Shown here in pieces: positions 11,301 to 23,718 of a stretch of DNA of 64,000 bases; the first letter of the stretch is position 1, and the number at the start of each line of letters is the position of its first letter. Source of the DNA: Microcoleus sp. (lineage in GTDB: Bacteria > Cyanobacteriota > Cyanobacteriia > Cyanobacteriales > Microcoleaceae); contig JAYFMW010000030.1 of NCBI GenBank assembly GCA_042408215.1, forward strand, positions 32,001 to 96,000, given 5' to 3'. A model generated the notes under the pieces. That model was not told where the DNA came from and did no database searches. It worked only from the letters and a program-made list of their open reading frames with translations. The translations under genes and the position numbers were made by a program.

Positions 11301-14300
11301 GGTCAGCCTACCTCCATTGTCATGCCAACAGGGGCATCCATAAAAATGGAGTACGATCGCGCTGGCAATATGCTAAAAATGCACGATGGACTCGGTAATG
11401 TCATCCAATCCTACGTCTACGATTCCCAAGGTCGAGTCGTTCAAGAAACCGATACCTTCGGCACTACTTATTACGGCAATTTCGATGCTTTTGGCAACCC
11501 CCGCTGGACGAAAGATGCGTCGGGTAACGAAACAACAATGACTTACAACGCTAAAGGTTTGTTGGAAACCATGACTGAAAATGGCGTTACTTCTACCTTC
11601 CAATATGACGGGCTTGGACGGCAAACCAGAGCTGACTACGGTGACGGTCTGTGGGTAGAATACGATTATGAAGGAGCAAGAGCAGATTGGACGACTGTAG
11701 AAGCCCCAACTATCGGCCGCATCGAACGCAAGTTTACGGATGACGGGAAGTTGGGAGGTTGGGTGACGAACGGCGGCGGCGAAATTAAATTTACCTACAA
11801 TGAAGCAGGTCAGTTGGAAACGGAAACTGACCCTAACGGTAGCGTTACCCGGTACGGCTACGACCAAATTGGCAGGGTTAAAAGCGTCAAAGATGAATCG
11901 ACGGGGGTGGAAACTATCTACCACTACGACGCGCTGGTAGGCGTTGACCCCGACCCAGGCGTAGCAGATAATTTGATAAGTAAGTTAGCAGGAACAACTG
12001 TGGTTTTGGATGCCAACACCCGCTACACGACCAGCTATACTTACAACTCTAACGGTCAGATGAAAACTATGACTGACCCGCGCGGTCAGGTCTGGAAGTA
12101 CCGCTACAATTCCAATGGAACGACAGTTATCGACCCGTTGGGAAGAGAGACAACTTCAGTACAGTCTCCTAATTACTTGCCCGTTGAAACGATTTATCCC
12201 GACGGAACCAAGTCGAAAGTTGAGTATCTTTTCAGCAACAACTTGCAGGAAGCGAAAGATTATCCGACTCGAATTGTAGACCGGGGCGGCAATGACCGCA
12301 AGTTTACTTACGATGATTTGGGACGGTTGAAGACGGTTACGGATTTGGGCGATGCTGTCTATACTTATCACTACGGTGAAAGCGGGTTGGAACGAGTGAC
12401 CGGGCCGAATCAAGCAACTTTGCTGTCCTATCAGTACGAGGATGGAAATCTCAAGAAAATTATCTATCCCGATGGCGGTGAAAAGGAATTTATTTACAAT
12501 TCACTTACCAACCGCCTCGAACAAATGAAGTTGCCCCAGCGGAGTAACTGTAAGTTACGAGTATGATGCGGCGGGACAGGAAAAGCGCAGGGTTTCCACA
12601 TTGGATGGAGAAGTTGTTTCTAACTGGGATGCAGAAACCGGTCAGCTTTTAAGCGTGACGGATGCTGCGGGAACGACTGCGTATCACTACGACCCCGATA
12701 CGGGTGCGCTGGCAGGTTTGGATTATCCTAATGGCGGCAGCATTCGCTACGAACGAGATGGTTTGGGTCGAGTTGAGAAGGTTGCGGTTAAAGCTGATAA
12801 GACTGCGCCTGATTCTACTGCTTACATAACTGAATACAGGTACGATGCGAATGGCAATGCGGATCGAGTGAAGGCAACTTCTCCCGGCGGTCAAGTGTTA
12901 GAAACTGCGATGGTTTATGATGAAGTAAACCGCCTCAAAGAAAGGACTTTGCCGAATGGGGTGAAGACGGTTTACCAGTACCAGGATAAGACTGATTTGG
13001 TTGAGAAGATTACTCATTTTGCTCCTGATGGGGTGACGGTGTTGGCATCTGTTGCTTACGAACGTAAGGGAATTGGAGAACCGACTAAGATTACTAGGGA
13101 AGATGGTTCTTATGTCAGGTTGGAGTACGATGCTTCGCTGCGGGTGGATAAGGAAAGTTATTACAGTGCGGCTGGGGTTTTGTTGCAGGAGATTGATTAC
13201 GGTTACGATGCTGCTGGCAACCGTCAAGTTGTATCAAACGGTTTGGCTGCGGGGACTTACAGTTACGAGAATGTCAATCAGCTTGCTTCGGTGACGAATG
13301 GGTCGAATGTGGAGACTTATACTTATGATGCTGGGGGACGGGTGGATGTTGTTAATAGAAATGGGGTGATTCGGGATTTTGATTACAATAGTGATAATTT
13401 GATTTCGCAGGTGAAGGATGCTGCGGGAAATGTGTTAGTTGAGTACGATTATGATAGTTCTGGTCGCAGGGTTGAGGTGAAGAGTGCGGCGGGTGAAAGG
13501 GATTATCTGGTTGCGCCTTCAATGGGTGATGGTTTGGAGTCGCCGCAGTTGGTGATGGATGGGAATGGTAATGCTAGTGGGTGCTTATGTGTATGCAGGA
13601 AATCAGCCGTTGATGCGGTTTGATGGCAGCGGGAATCCGGTTTATTATTTGACTGATGCGATGGGTTCGGTGATTGGGTTGGCGGGTGCTAGCGGTCAAG
13701 GTGTTGCTAAGTTTAATTATGATAGTTTTGGCAACCTAAAAAGTTCGTCTGGGACAGCAGCTTCTTTACCTGGGAATGCAGGTGGGGATTTCCGGTTCCA
13801 GGGTCAGTGGTTGGATGAGGAGACTGGTTTGTATAATTTCCGGGCTCGGTATTACGATCCTGAAACGGGGCGGTTTATGAGTTACGATCCGATAGATTTG
13901 ATTGAGATGGAGCCGGAGAGCAGCAATCCCTATCAGTTTGTTTACAACAACCCTCACGTTTATAGCGATCCGACTGGGATGTTTTCGATTATGGAACTTA
14001 ATGCAACAATAAGCGTACAAGATGCACTTAGCGCTTTAAAAACTTATGCCAGCAACGAAATCAAAGGCTACTTTAAAAATAAAATAGGCGAAGCTATGGC
14101 GGATTCATTCACTGGAATTGTCAAGCGTCTTCTGCCCTTCGCTGGTTTTGAGTTGGACCAACTTCCTGGGCAATTCAAAGATGGCACTAAGTTTGAGAAT
14201 TTCCTTAAAGGACAAATTTGCGGAATCTTTAATAGTGTAGGCGGACCTTTTCTAAATCGCTTGTGGTTAGAGCCAGGCGTCCTACAAGATGGGACACCAA

Positions 14301-14713
14301 CCCACGTAGGATTAAATTGCCAGGAATTATTCATTGAGGCAGACAGAAAAGCTTTTGGTACGTTAAAAAATATTGGGGGTTCGCGACCCGACTTCATCTT
14401 CAAAGAAGGCTCTCCTATGGATACAAATAATAAAGCTTATCTAATTGGAGATGTCAAATTAACTTTGCATGCGGCGCTGAAAGATATAACTGGTATAGGA
14501 AAGAAAAATTCTCCCTCTAAGCAGTGGACAGCCATTCGAGCATATGCTGAGAAAAACGTATTGCCAAAAACGGCTCTTTATATTACATTCAAACATGAAA
14601 GTAGCGGAGGAGGTAAACTTTCCGCTCAAGAAGAACAACAAGCAATTGCAAAAGCGGCAAAGAGTGCCTTCGACAAAGGAGTGTTACTGATCCTTGCTAA
14701 TCTTGTTGATTAA
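8318..14713 (+). pseudogene. RHS2: 5'-truncated Ig-repeat/RHS gene with a distinct barrel and a PD-(D/E)xK-like nuclease tip; three frameshifts
   Basis: ORFs 8318-10384, 10326-12566, 12601-13623 and 13559-14713 join into one RHS protein after removing a 16-nt insertion (10355-10370), an extra C (12534-12537) and an extra base near 13573. It starts in mid Ig repeat. DPTG is at 13967-13978, and the tip has FENFL...SRPDFIF...LIGDVKL...KQW. Confidence 0.85.
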
Positions 14714-14739
14714 CTAATTTTTTAGGGATATTAAAAACC

Positions 14740-15648
14740 ATGCAAAATTCGTCCCCCCTGAAACATAAGGATTTACTAGAATCGGCAGTCTGTGATTTTT
14801 TTAGGGGGAATACCAAAAATTTAGAAGAGCTAATCCAAAGCGGATTTGACATTAATATCAGACTTGATGATAATAAAACTGCGCTTATGGAAGCAGTTCG
14901 AGCCGCAGATCTTTATGTTGTTAGATTGCTGGTCGAAGCAGGGGCTGATGTCAACGCTGAGACGGGTGGATACACAGCTTTATGGGATGCAGCCTACTGG
15001 GGATTACAGGAAATTTTTGACTATCTTGCACCCTTAACTTCTTCAGAGTTAAGACAAGAAGCAGAAGAGATACTTTCGGAAGGTTTACTGCGTCGTCAGA
15101 GACTAGATGATACTTTGACAGAAGACTTCATATCCGCTGCTGCAATGGGCAATGTTGAGGCAGTTATTGCTGCTATTCAAAGTGGAGTTAATGTTAATGC
15201 AATTGGTTCCGACGAAAATCCAGCTCTTACTATAGCTGCATACTGGGGTTGGGTAGCTGTGGTAAAGCTTTTGTTAGAGCATAAAGCTGATGCAAATTGT
15301 TTTACAGAAGATCAGCATGAAACTCCATTAACAATGGCTGCTCAAGGTGCGGGACTCGCACGATTCTCACACATAACTTCAGTGACAACAGATGACAACC
15401 AAGTCGCAATTATCGAACTTCTTTTGGCAGCAGGAGCAGATGTGAATGTAAGAACAAAAAAAGGTTGGACGGCTTTAGAAAACGCAGCTGTTTCTGGAAG
15501 TATTAGGGCAGTTAAGCTTTTGCTGGAAGCTGGTGCTGATATTAATGCCAAAGATATTGGGGGTTATACTGCGCTCAGCCGTGCGAAACAAGAAAAAAAT
15601 CAAGAGATTATTCAACTTCTTTTAGAGTGTGGAGCAAAAGAAGATTGA
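14740..15648 (+). CDS. Ankyrin-repeat protein, putative immunity to the RHS2 tip
   Basis: Repeated TALxxA...LLEAGADVN ankyrin units; immediately follows the toxin. Confidence 0.88.
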   Translation: MQNSSPLKHKDLLESAVCDFFRGNTKNLEELIQSGFDINIRLDDNKTALMEAVRAADLYVVRLLVEAGADVNAETGGYTALWDAAYWGLQEIFDYLAPLTSSELRQEAEEILSEGLLRRQRLDDTLTEDFISAAAMGNVEAVIAAIQSGVNVNAIGSDENPALTIAAYWGWVAVVKLLLEHKADANCFTEDQHETPLTMAAQGAGLARFSHITSVTTDDNQVAIIELLLAAGADVNVRTKKGWTALENAAVSGSIRAVKLLLEAGADINAKDIGGYTALSRAKQEKNQEIIQLLLECGAKED

Positions 15649-15667
15649 AGCAAAAGGTTTTTGAGAT

Positions 15668-16645
15668 ATGGCTCGGTTTAATTATGATAGTTTTGGTAAT
15701 TTGCGGAATGCTTCGGGGACGGGGGCTTCTTTACCTGGAAATGCGGGTGGGGATTTCCGGTTCCAGGGACAGTGGTTGGATGAGGCGACTGGGCTGTACA
15801 ATTTCCGGGCTCGGTATTATGACCCTGAGACGGGGCGGTTTATGAGTTACGATCCGATCGAGCTGATTGAGATGGAACCCGAGAGTAGCAATCCTTATCA
15901 GTTTGTTTACAACAACCCTCATGTTTATAGCGATCCTACGGGGATGTTTTCGATGGCTGAACTTAACACCGCTGATGCTATGAACAACATCCTAAGCTCT
16001 ATGCAGACTTATGGCAGGCAGCAAACTCTTGAGTATTTTAAACAAAAAACAGGTGAAGCTGTGGGTCAAATATTGTTCAACGCCCTTGACAGCTTTATCC
16101 CCACTAGCAACCCATATCGAAGAGGAATACAAGCAGCCCTCGATGCAAGAGAAAGAGATACGGCAGGGAATATGTTTGAGTTTTTCTTGACAGATACGAT
16201 ATGTGAACTCCTGGAACCTATACAGTCATCTATCAACGATATCTGGCTTCAGCCACAGGTAAATAGAGCTGGTTTTGCTGGGGATAATGGCTATCATTGT
16301 CCTGCGAAAGTAGGATTTGATGACATTAGAAAAAACTGGTTTAGACCAGACTACATCGTCAGACGAGGGGAACCAACGAACCATAAACTAAAAAGCTGGT
16401 TAGTCGGTGATATTAAACTCTCTGTAAAAACTGTTAATGACTCCTATGTTGGAGCAAATGGTGGTTCTCCCAGGCAACCAGACCAGTGGTCTGCTATTAC
16501 TAACCACGCCAAAAAACAGGGTTACTTCATAACTGGATTTATAACACTGTTTGATGGAGGTAAACAGAGACAATTATATCTTCAAAACTTGCAGAAAAAA
16601 GCGGTGGAATCGGGAGTTATTGCTTTGATTGTTTCTATAGTATAG
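15668..16645 (+). CDS. Orphan RHS tip module: about 280 bp of core homology plus a second PD-(D/E)xK-like nuclease tip
   Basis: 15669-15950 closely matches 13708-13985 up to DPTGMFS, then diverges. The tip has FEFFL...RPDYIV...LVGDIKL...DQW, paralogous to the RHS2 tip. Confidence 0.87.
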   Translation: MARFNYDSFGNLRNASGTGASLPGNAGGDFRFQGQWLDEATGLYNFRARYYDPETGRFMSYDPIELIEMEPESSNPYQFVYNNPHVYSDPTGMFSMAELNTADAMNNILSSMQTYGRQQTLEYFKQKTGEAVGQILFNALDSFIPTSNPYRRGIQAALDARERDTAGNMFEFFLTDTICELLEPIQSSINDIWLQPQVNRAGFAGDNGYHCPAKVGFDDIRKNWFRPDYIVRRGEPTNHKLKSWLVGDIKLSVKTVNDSYVGANGGSPRQPDQWSAITNHAKKQGYFITGFITLFDGGKQRQLYLQNLQKKAVESGVIALIVSIV

Positions 16646-16684
16646 TAGAATACATTCATTGCAGAACATTGGTCAAAAATAATA

Positions 16685-17338
16685 ATGTCGCTGATTTATT
16701 TAAGGATTAATGGGGATGACGAATCAAAGCAAGGAGACACAAGACTCCATGACGCAATTGCCACGGGCGATTTGTCACGAATACAAAAATTTATTGAACA
16801 GGGGATTGATGTCAATCAATTAAACTATAAAGAGGGTTTTACCCCCCTAACACAAGCAGTTTTTTTGGGTCATTTAGAAATTTTAAAAGTTCTTATTGAA
16901 GCAGGGGCAAATTTAAGGCAATTCGACAATACACCTTCCACACCATTATGCTTAGCTGCTGAACTAGGTAATATAGAAGCGGTACGACTATTACTGGGGG
17001 CAGGAGCTAATGTCGATCTTGGAGGTTTAGAAAGTCCATTAGGGTGTGCTGTAAATTACGGTCATATAGATATTGCCAATATATTAATTAGCGCAGGTGC
17101 TAAGCTGAATTCAACAGATGAAAGTGGCATAACTCCTTTAATGCTTGCAGCGATATCAGGGCGTCTTGATTTGGCGCAACTTTTGGTTGAAGCTGGTGCA
17201 GATGTAAATGCAGTTGATGAGTATAAAAATACAGCTTTAAGGAAAGCTTCCGAAACCGGACACCAGGATGTGTTCAACTACTTATATCCCTTAACAGATG
17301 ACAAATTTCCCTATATTGATGAAGAAATTCCCTTTTAA
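16685..17338 (+). CDS. Ankyrin-repeat protein, putative immunity to the orphan tip
   Basis: GFTPL, TPLCLAA and GITPLMLAA...GADVN ankyrin repeats; follows the toxin. Confidence 0.88.
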   Translation: MSLIYLRINGDDESKQGDTRLHDAIATGDLSRIQKFIEQGIDVNQLNYKEGFTPLTQAVFLGHLEILKVLIEAGANLRQFDNTPSTPLCLAAELGNIEAVRLLLGAGANVDLGGLESPLGCAVNYGHIDIANILISAGAKLNSTDESGITPLMLAAISGRLDLAQLLVEAGADVNAVDEYKNTALRKASETGHQDVFNYLYPLTDDKFPYIDEEIPF

Positions 17339-17462
17339 CCTAATTAGTAATTTCTCTCTTTTAGAGGCTGTTAGAAGTAACAATGTGCAAAAAGTACGCG
17401 CGGAGATTGCTAATACGAATCAAATCGGAGCATTATTTTTAATGCTTTAGACTCGGACTCGG

Positions 17463-20400
17463 ACTGTCGAGGACGCGAATTTAGTCAGGAACAAGAACGG
17501 ATACTACGGAGTTAACGGACAGCCCTTCAATCCCGAAAATCCTGCTTTTGGTAGCATTTATATTCTGACTACCAAAGAGGGATTGGTTTACGAGATTGAT
17601 GCCGCGTCTGGAGACTTGTTGACAGCTACCGACAGCAATGGAAACAAGCTGACTTTTAGCGATGCGGGGATTGTTAGCAGTTCAGGTAAGTCGGTGACTT
17701 TTGAGAGGGATGTTGCTGGGAGGATTGTCAGTGTTGTTGACCCGGATGGGAAGAAGGTTAAGTACGAATACGATGCGAAAGGGGATTTGGTTGCTGTTAA
17801 GGACAGGGAGAACAATGCAACTCGGTTTGAGTATGAAGATGAGGACAGACCGCACTTTTTGACTGAGGTTATTGATTCGTTGGGACGGAGTGGAGTTAAG
17901 ACCGAGTACGATGATTCCGGTCGTTTGAAGCAGATGGTTGATGCGAATGGGTCGGCGGTTGAATTGGTTTACGACCCGAATAATTCGATTCAGAAGGTTA
18001 AGGATGTTTTTGGGAAGGAAACGACTTATGTTTACGACAGTCGCGGGAATGTTTTAACTGAGATTGACCCGTTAGGTAAGAGGGTTGACAGGACTTACGA
18101 TGCGGATAACAACGTTCTGACTGAAACCGATGGCGATGGAGTTACAACTAAATTTACCTACGACAATCGCGGAAACCTCCTGACAATTGAAGATGAAGGC
18201 GGCAACATCACCCGCATGACCTACGACAACCGAGGTCGCGCCACTTCAATCGTCTCGCCGACAGGTCTGAAAACCTCAGCTAAATACGACAGCCGCGGTA
18301 ACTTAATTGAAAGCGTTGACACCGACAATCTAAAAACAACTTACACCTACAACGCGCGCGGTCAACTGCTAACTCAAACCGCACCCGACGGTCAAGTTAA
18401 TAAGTTTGAATACGACGATGCAGGTAACATCAAACGCACGATTGACTGTCGCGGGAATCAGGTTGATTTTGATTACAATTCCAACAGCAGAATTGAAGTT
18501 GCTACAACTACATTTACCCTCAACGGTCAAACCCATACTTTGAAGATGGAATACGACTACGATAGCGAGGGTCGAATCGTTGCTAGCAGAACCAGTCAGG
18601 GTAACAACCAATCGATAATTTACGATGCTTTGGGACGGGTAAAATCAACAACTGACGTATTCGGCAACGTCACGACTTACCGCTACGATTTGTCGCTATC
18701 CCCTGGAGAAAACACCACTTTAATTGCAGGCGCAGGGCGGGCAGTTACTCGCATCGACGAAGTTACTTTGCCCGACAACACGCCAACCAACAGCACCGAC
18801 AATCCGAAAGTTATTAACAAGTACGATGCCGCCAACAATCTCATCGCTCAAATCTCTCCCACCGGGCTAGAAACCCGCTACGTTTACGATGCTTTGAACC
18901 GACGGACAGAGACAATTCTGCCGGATTTGACTCCCCTCGATTGGACTGACAATCCCAGGACAAAGACTGAATACTCGGACGGCAATCGGATTAAGTCGCA
19001 AACCGATATCTTGGGCAACAAAACCCAATACTTTTACAACGATATCGGTCAAATCGTGCGAGTTTTAGATGCTTTCAACAAGCCGACAACTTACACCTAC
19101 AACGCGGGCGGTCAGGTGGAAACAGTTACCGATTACCGCAACCGCAAAACTCAATACGTTTACGATGACAAAGCCCGAGTTAAGGAAGTTATTTACTTCG
19201 ACAATTCTCGCTTCAAACTCACCTACGATGATTTGGGCCGGGTCAAGACTGAAACTAACGAACTGAATCAAACCACCACCTACGAATACGATGCCAAAAG
19301 TCGGGTTAAAGCAGTTATTAACGCCAAAAACGAACGCACTGAATTTGAATACGACCACCGCAACAACTTAGTTCGAGTTACCGATTCGCTGCTGCAATCG
19401 ACCGCTTTCAAATACGACGAATACGGACAGCAAGTAGAAGCAACTTTTCACAACGGCGACAAAGTTGCGATGGGTTACGACCGATTCGGTCGCCTTATGG
19501 CCTACACCGATGAAAACCTCAACCCGACTAAATACAGCTACGACAATCTCAGCCAACTCACTCAAATAGAACAACCCAAGCAGGTAGTTAACGGTCAGTT
19601 GAAAGATACTTTCACCAAGTACACCTACGACAACCTATCTCGCTTGGAAAAGATTGAGGATGCCAATAATAAAGTTACCGAATTCGAGTACGACGATTTC
19701 AACCGCAACACCGCAACAATTCTGCCGTTGGGTCAAAGAAACCGCACCGATTACGACAAGTTCGGGCAAGTTACTGCGACCACTGATTTCAACGGCGACA
19801 AGATCGATTACAGTTACGATTCCTTCGGACGCTTGGATGGCAAAACTTTTACAGACCCCGATATCGCAGATGTTTCCTATACCTACGACCCGGTAACTTT
19901 GGGACTGGCAACCGTTACCGACAGACGGGGTGTAACTCAATATACCTACGATAATTACGACAGGTTGGCATCGATTTCGACGCCGGATTTGAAAACTGTC
20001 GGTTACGGCTACGATTTGTTGAGCAATATTACTTCTGTTGTCACTCCTGCGGCAACTACTACCTACGGTTACGATGCCTTAAACCGCTTGGATACTGTTA
20101 GCAAAGGTAATGATATTCTGGCGGATTACGATTACAATGCTGCGGGCAATCTCTCGAAGATTGCGCTAGGTGATGGTTCTGTTGAAGAACGCCAGTACGA
20201 TACCCGCAACCGCTTGAAACAAATTACAACCGAAAATTCAACGGGTACGGTTTTCAGCGATTTCAAATACACTCTCGATGGAGTTGGCAACCGCAAGAAA
20301 GTTGAAGAATTCGGCGGCCGCACTGTCGATTACACTTACGACAACCTCAACCGCCTGACTCAAGAAAAGATGGCGGGCGGCGTTACGTCCAATCGAACTG

Positions 20401-22494
20401 TAGATTACACTTACGATTCGGTTGGCAACCGCTTGACTAAGAATGATTCGGTGGCGGGGTTGGCTAATTATTCTTACGATGGCAATAACCGCCTGCAACA
20501 GCTAACTCAGGGTTCTCAAACTACTGCTTTCAATTACGATGATAACGGTTCGATAATACGGCGTTCTGACGGCACGCAAACTGTTACTTACGACTGGTTT
20601 AATGACGGCGAAAACCGCTTGGCGGGAGTTACTAATTCTGGTTCTGGAGGAATTTCTCAAACTGATTTTGTTTACGATGCTTTCGGCAATCGGGTAGCCA
20701 GCATTGATAACGGCGTCAGAACGAATTATTTGACTGCTTCAACTGGCGGTTTGCCGTCCGTTTTGATGGAGTACGATGCGGCGGGTCAAGTTACTGCCGA
20801 TTACACTCACGGACTCGGTTTGGTTTCTGCCACTCGCAACGGCCGGGAGGGATTCTACCACACCGACGGCATCGGTTCGACGCGGGCGATTACTGATAAT
20901 GTTGGTTTAGTAACTGACCGCTACACTTACGATGCGTTCGGCGGGTTGTTGAACCAAACGGGGACTTTCGGTAATTCATTCCAATTTGCCGGGGAACAGC
21001 GGGACGGTTCTACCGGATTGGATTATTTGCGGGCGCGGTATTACGACCCGAGTTTGGGGCGGTTCATCTCGAAAGATGCGTTTGCTGGCTCTTTAAGCGA
21101 CCCGATGAGCCAGCACGATTACCAGTACGCGCACGCGAATCCGGTGCGGTTTACAGACCCGACAGGCTACTTCTCGATGGGCGATCTGATGGCGACGCTG
21201 AGTGGGGTGTCGGCGCTGGCCGCGATCGGTGGGGTTAGTTTCGGTACGGGTTATATCGGTGGTGCTGTTGCTGGTGGGGCTAGCGGTGAGGAAGTTTTAG
21301 GAATGTTTGGAGAATGGGGTGCTGGTTTTGCCAACGGTGTATCGAGTGGTTATTTAACTGATGTTTATGAATACTCTACTGGGAATAAGATTGAACCGAA
21401 TCATGCGATGCTGTACAGTGCTGGGAATGTGGCTGGGATTGGGGTGTCTTTTCTGACTGGGATGAAGGCTGCTACTTGGGCTACTACTGCGATGGGGCCT
21501 TTGAAGTGGGTAGGTGTTGGGCTGGGTGCGGTAGATACGGGATTCGATGGTTATGGGGCGGCGACTGCTACTAATAATCTTAATCAGAGTTACCAGAATA
21601 ATGGTAAGTTTGAGGTTGAGGATGCTTGGAATCTGAGTGCTTATGTGCCTTTTGGTGTGGCGGCGATTAAGGGTGTTAAGGGTTTATTGGGTGTTGATAA
21701 TGCCCTTAAGAACAGTGCTGACAGTGCGGTAACAAAGGCTGGGAGTTGTTTTGTTGCTGGTACGGAGATTCTCACTGTTGACGGTATCAAGAATATTGAG
21801 GATATTCAAGTTGGAGATTGGGTAATTGCTGACGATCCTACTACTCCGGGGGGGATTGAGGCGAAGGAGGTTTTGGATACGTTTGATAATGAGGTAACTG
21901 AGCTGTTACGATCTTTATGTGGATGGGGAGGTGATTTCTACTACTGGTGAGCATCCTTTCTGGGTGCCGAATTTGGGATGGGTAAAAGCGAAGGATTTGG
22001 TTGTTGGATCGTTGTTACAGACGGATAAGGAGACGTTTGTTGATGTCGATAAGATAGAGCGGCGCGAGGGGAATTTCAAGGTTTACAATTTTGAGGTTGA
22101 GGGGTTCCCGACTTACTTTGTCTCGGAGTTGGGGATTCTGGTTCATAATTCATGCTATGACCCGGACAATCCAAACAGAATAGACTCAAGCACATTAAAT
22201 ATTAATGACTTGATTCAAGCATCTGGGGAACCTATTGGTAAAGGTGGTTTAACAAAAGCAGGCCGTGCATTAGATAAACACGCAGCAGGTCAGAGAGGAA
22301 GTTCTCCTTTTCCACCTTTAACAGGTAATAACGCGAACAAAAACTTAATAGCTGAACAACAAGTAAATGAGATACTCAATCATCCTGATGCTGTTTTTAT
22401 TAGACTTGGAAGAGGGGGAATTGAAGCTAGAGTTCCTGATGGACGTGGAATAAGGTTTGAAGCAGATGGTAGTTTTAGTACATTTGTAGATTAA
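17463..22494 (+). pseudogene. RHS3: 5'-truncated RHS barrel, Gly/Ala-rich linker, pretoxin Hint domain and GRALDKH-type toxin; one frameshift
   Basis: Homology to the other RHS genes begins near 17463 (TVEDANLVRNKNGYYG). DPTG is at 21156-21167 and the Hint domain runs from CFVAGT (21747) to LVHN (22149). An extra T at 21906-21907 splits ORFs 17583-21950 and 21919-22494. Confidence 0.86.
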
Positions 22495-22504
22495 GAGGGT
22501 CAAA

Positions 22505-22756
22505 ATGGCTATAAATCTAGATTCCGGTTTTGAAATCCTTTATCTTAGTGACATAAAATATGATGAAATGACTGTTGAAATACAATATAAGGGACAACAG
22601 GTCGCACAAATAAATAAAGATAAAGGTGTCGATCGAATGGAAATAGATATATACTCTGAATATGTTACTCCAGATTTTGTGTCAGAACTGAAATTCCCAC
22701 TGAGTGACTTTTTAGAAGCAATAAATGTAGCTAGTAAAGCTTTAAAAGATGCTTAA
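22505..22756 (+). CDS. Small acidic putative immunity protein
   Basis: Starts 10 nt after the toxin stop with a GAGGG RBS; paralog of 23357-23599. Confidence 0.8.
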   Translation: MAINLDSGFEILYLSDIKYDEMTVEIQYKGQQVAQINKDKGVDRMEIDIYSEYVTPDFVSELKFPLSDFLEAINVASKALKDA

Positions 22757-22785
22757 ATTAATTCTCCGTTAGTACAATCTCCCTG

Positions 22786-23347
22786 ATTCTACCGGGGGAA
22801 CATCCTTTCACCGACGCCCGATCGCGGTAGGGTTGAAGCGAAGGATTTAACTGTCGGGTCGTTGTTGCAAACTGATGAGGAGACGTTTGTTGATGTCGAT
22901 AAAATAGAGCGGCGCGAGGGGAATTTCAAGGTTTACAACTTTGAGGTTGAAGGGTTCCCGACTTACTTTGTCTCTGAGTTGGGGGTGCTGGTTCATAACT
23001 CATGCTACGACCCATCTCATCCAAACAGAATAGATCCAACCACACTAGATTTAAAGGAGCTGGTTAATGCCGCAAATGAACCTTTGGGTAAAGGTGGCTT
23101 AACTAAGGGTGGTCGAGCATTAGATAAGCACGCAACAGGTCAGAGAGGAGTTTCTCCTTTCCCACCTTTAACCGGGAATAACGGTAATAAAAATCTAATT
23201 GCTCAACAACAAGTTGATGAGATTCTATATCATCCTGACGTTGTTTTTGTTGGGATTGGAAACAAGGGTGCTGTTGAAGCTAGAATTCCTGATGGACGTG
23301 GAATAAGATTTAACGGTGATGGTAGTTTGGCGGGATTTGTAGATTAG
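22786..23347 (+). pseudogene. Orphan Hint-tip module: degenerate C-terminal half of Hint plus a paralogous GRALDKH toxin
   Basis: Decayed TGEHPF..VEAKDL at about 22786-22860, then ORF 22862-23347 with LVHN/SCYD and a tip similar to 22150-22494. Confidence 0.82.
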
Positions 23348-23356
23348 GAGATAAAA

Positions 23357-23599
23357 ATGGCGATTAAGTTAGATTCCGGGTTTGAAATTCTCCGTTTCAG
23401 CGATTTAAATTACGAGGAAATAACCGTAGAAATTCATTATAAAGGCGAAGCAATTGCACAAATAAATAAAGATAAAGGTCTTGAGATGCTAGAAATAGAA
23501 ATATATACAGGGTACGCACAACCCGACTTTGTACCAAAATTTGGACTTAGTGATTTATTAGAAGCATTAAATGAAGCAAAAAAGTTACTTCAAGATTAA
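23357..23599 (+). CDS. Small putative immunity protein (paralog of 22505-22756)
   Basis: MAIKLDSGFEIL..SD..YEE.TVEI.YKG..IAQINKDKG is shared with the previous immunity gene; AGGAG RBS. Confidence 0.8.
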   Translation: MAIKLDSGFEILRFSDLNYEEITVEIHYKGEAIAQINKDKGLEMLEIEIYTGYAQPDFVPKFGLSDLLEALNEAKKLLQD

Positions 23600-23661
23600 T
23601 CCATTGCCTACTCTGTTCAACAATGGTCTCCGTTCGCACTCTTTGAATAACACGTGTTCCC

Positions 23662-23691
23662 TGTACAAAAACCAACTACCACGCATAAAAT
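23662..23691 (+). promoter_or_regulatory. Putative promoter GTACAA-N17-TAAAAT (copy 1)
   Basis: Same motif and spacing upstream of all three copies of the 235-aa gene (also 35667-35696 and 44969-44998), while the spacer bases vary. Confidence 0.55.
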
Positions 23692-23718
23692 ACAAACAAT
23701 ACCACCTTACAAACAACC

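Noticed and set aside
23662..23691. NtcA-activated promoter
   Set aside because: No GTA-N8-TAC site is conserved across the three copies.
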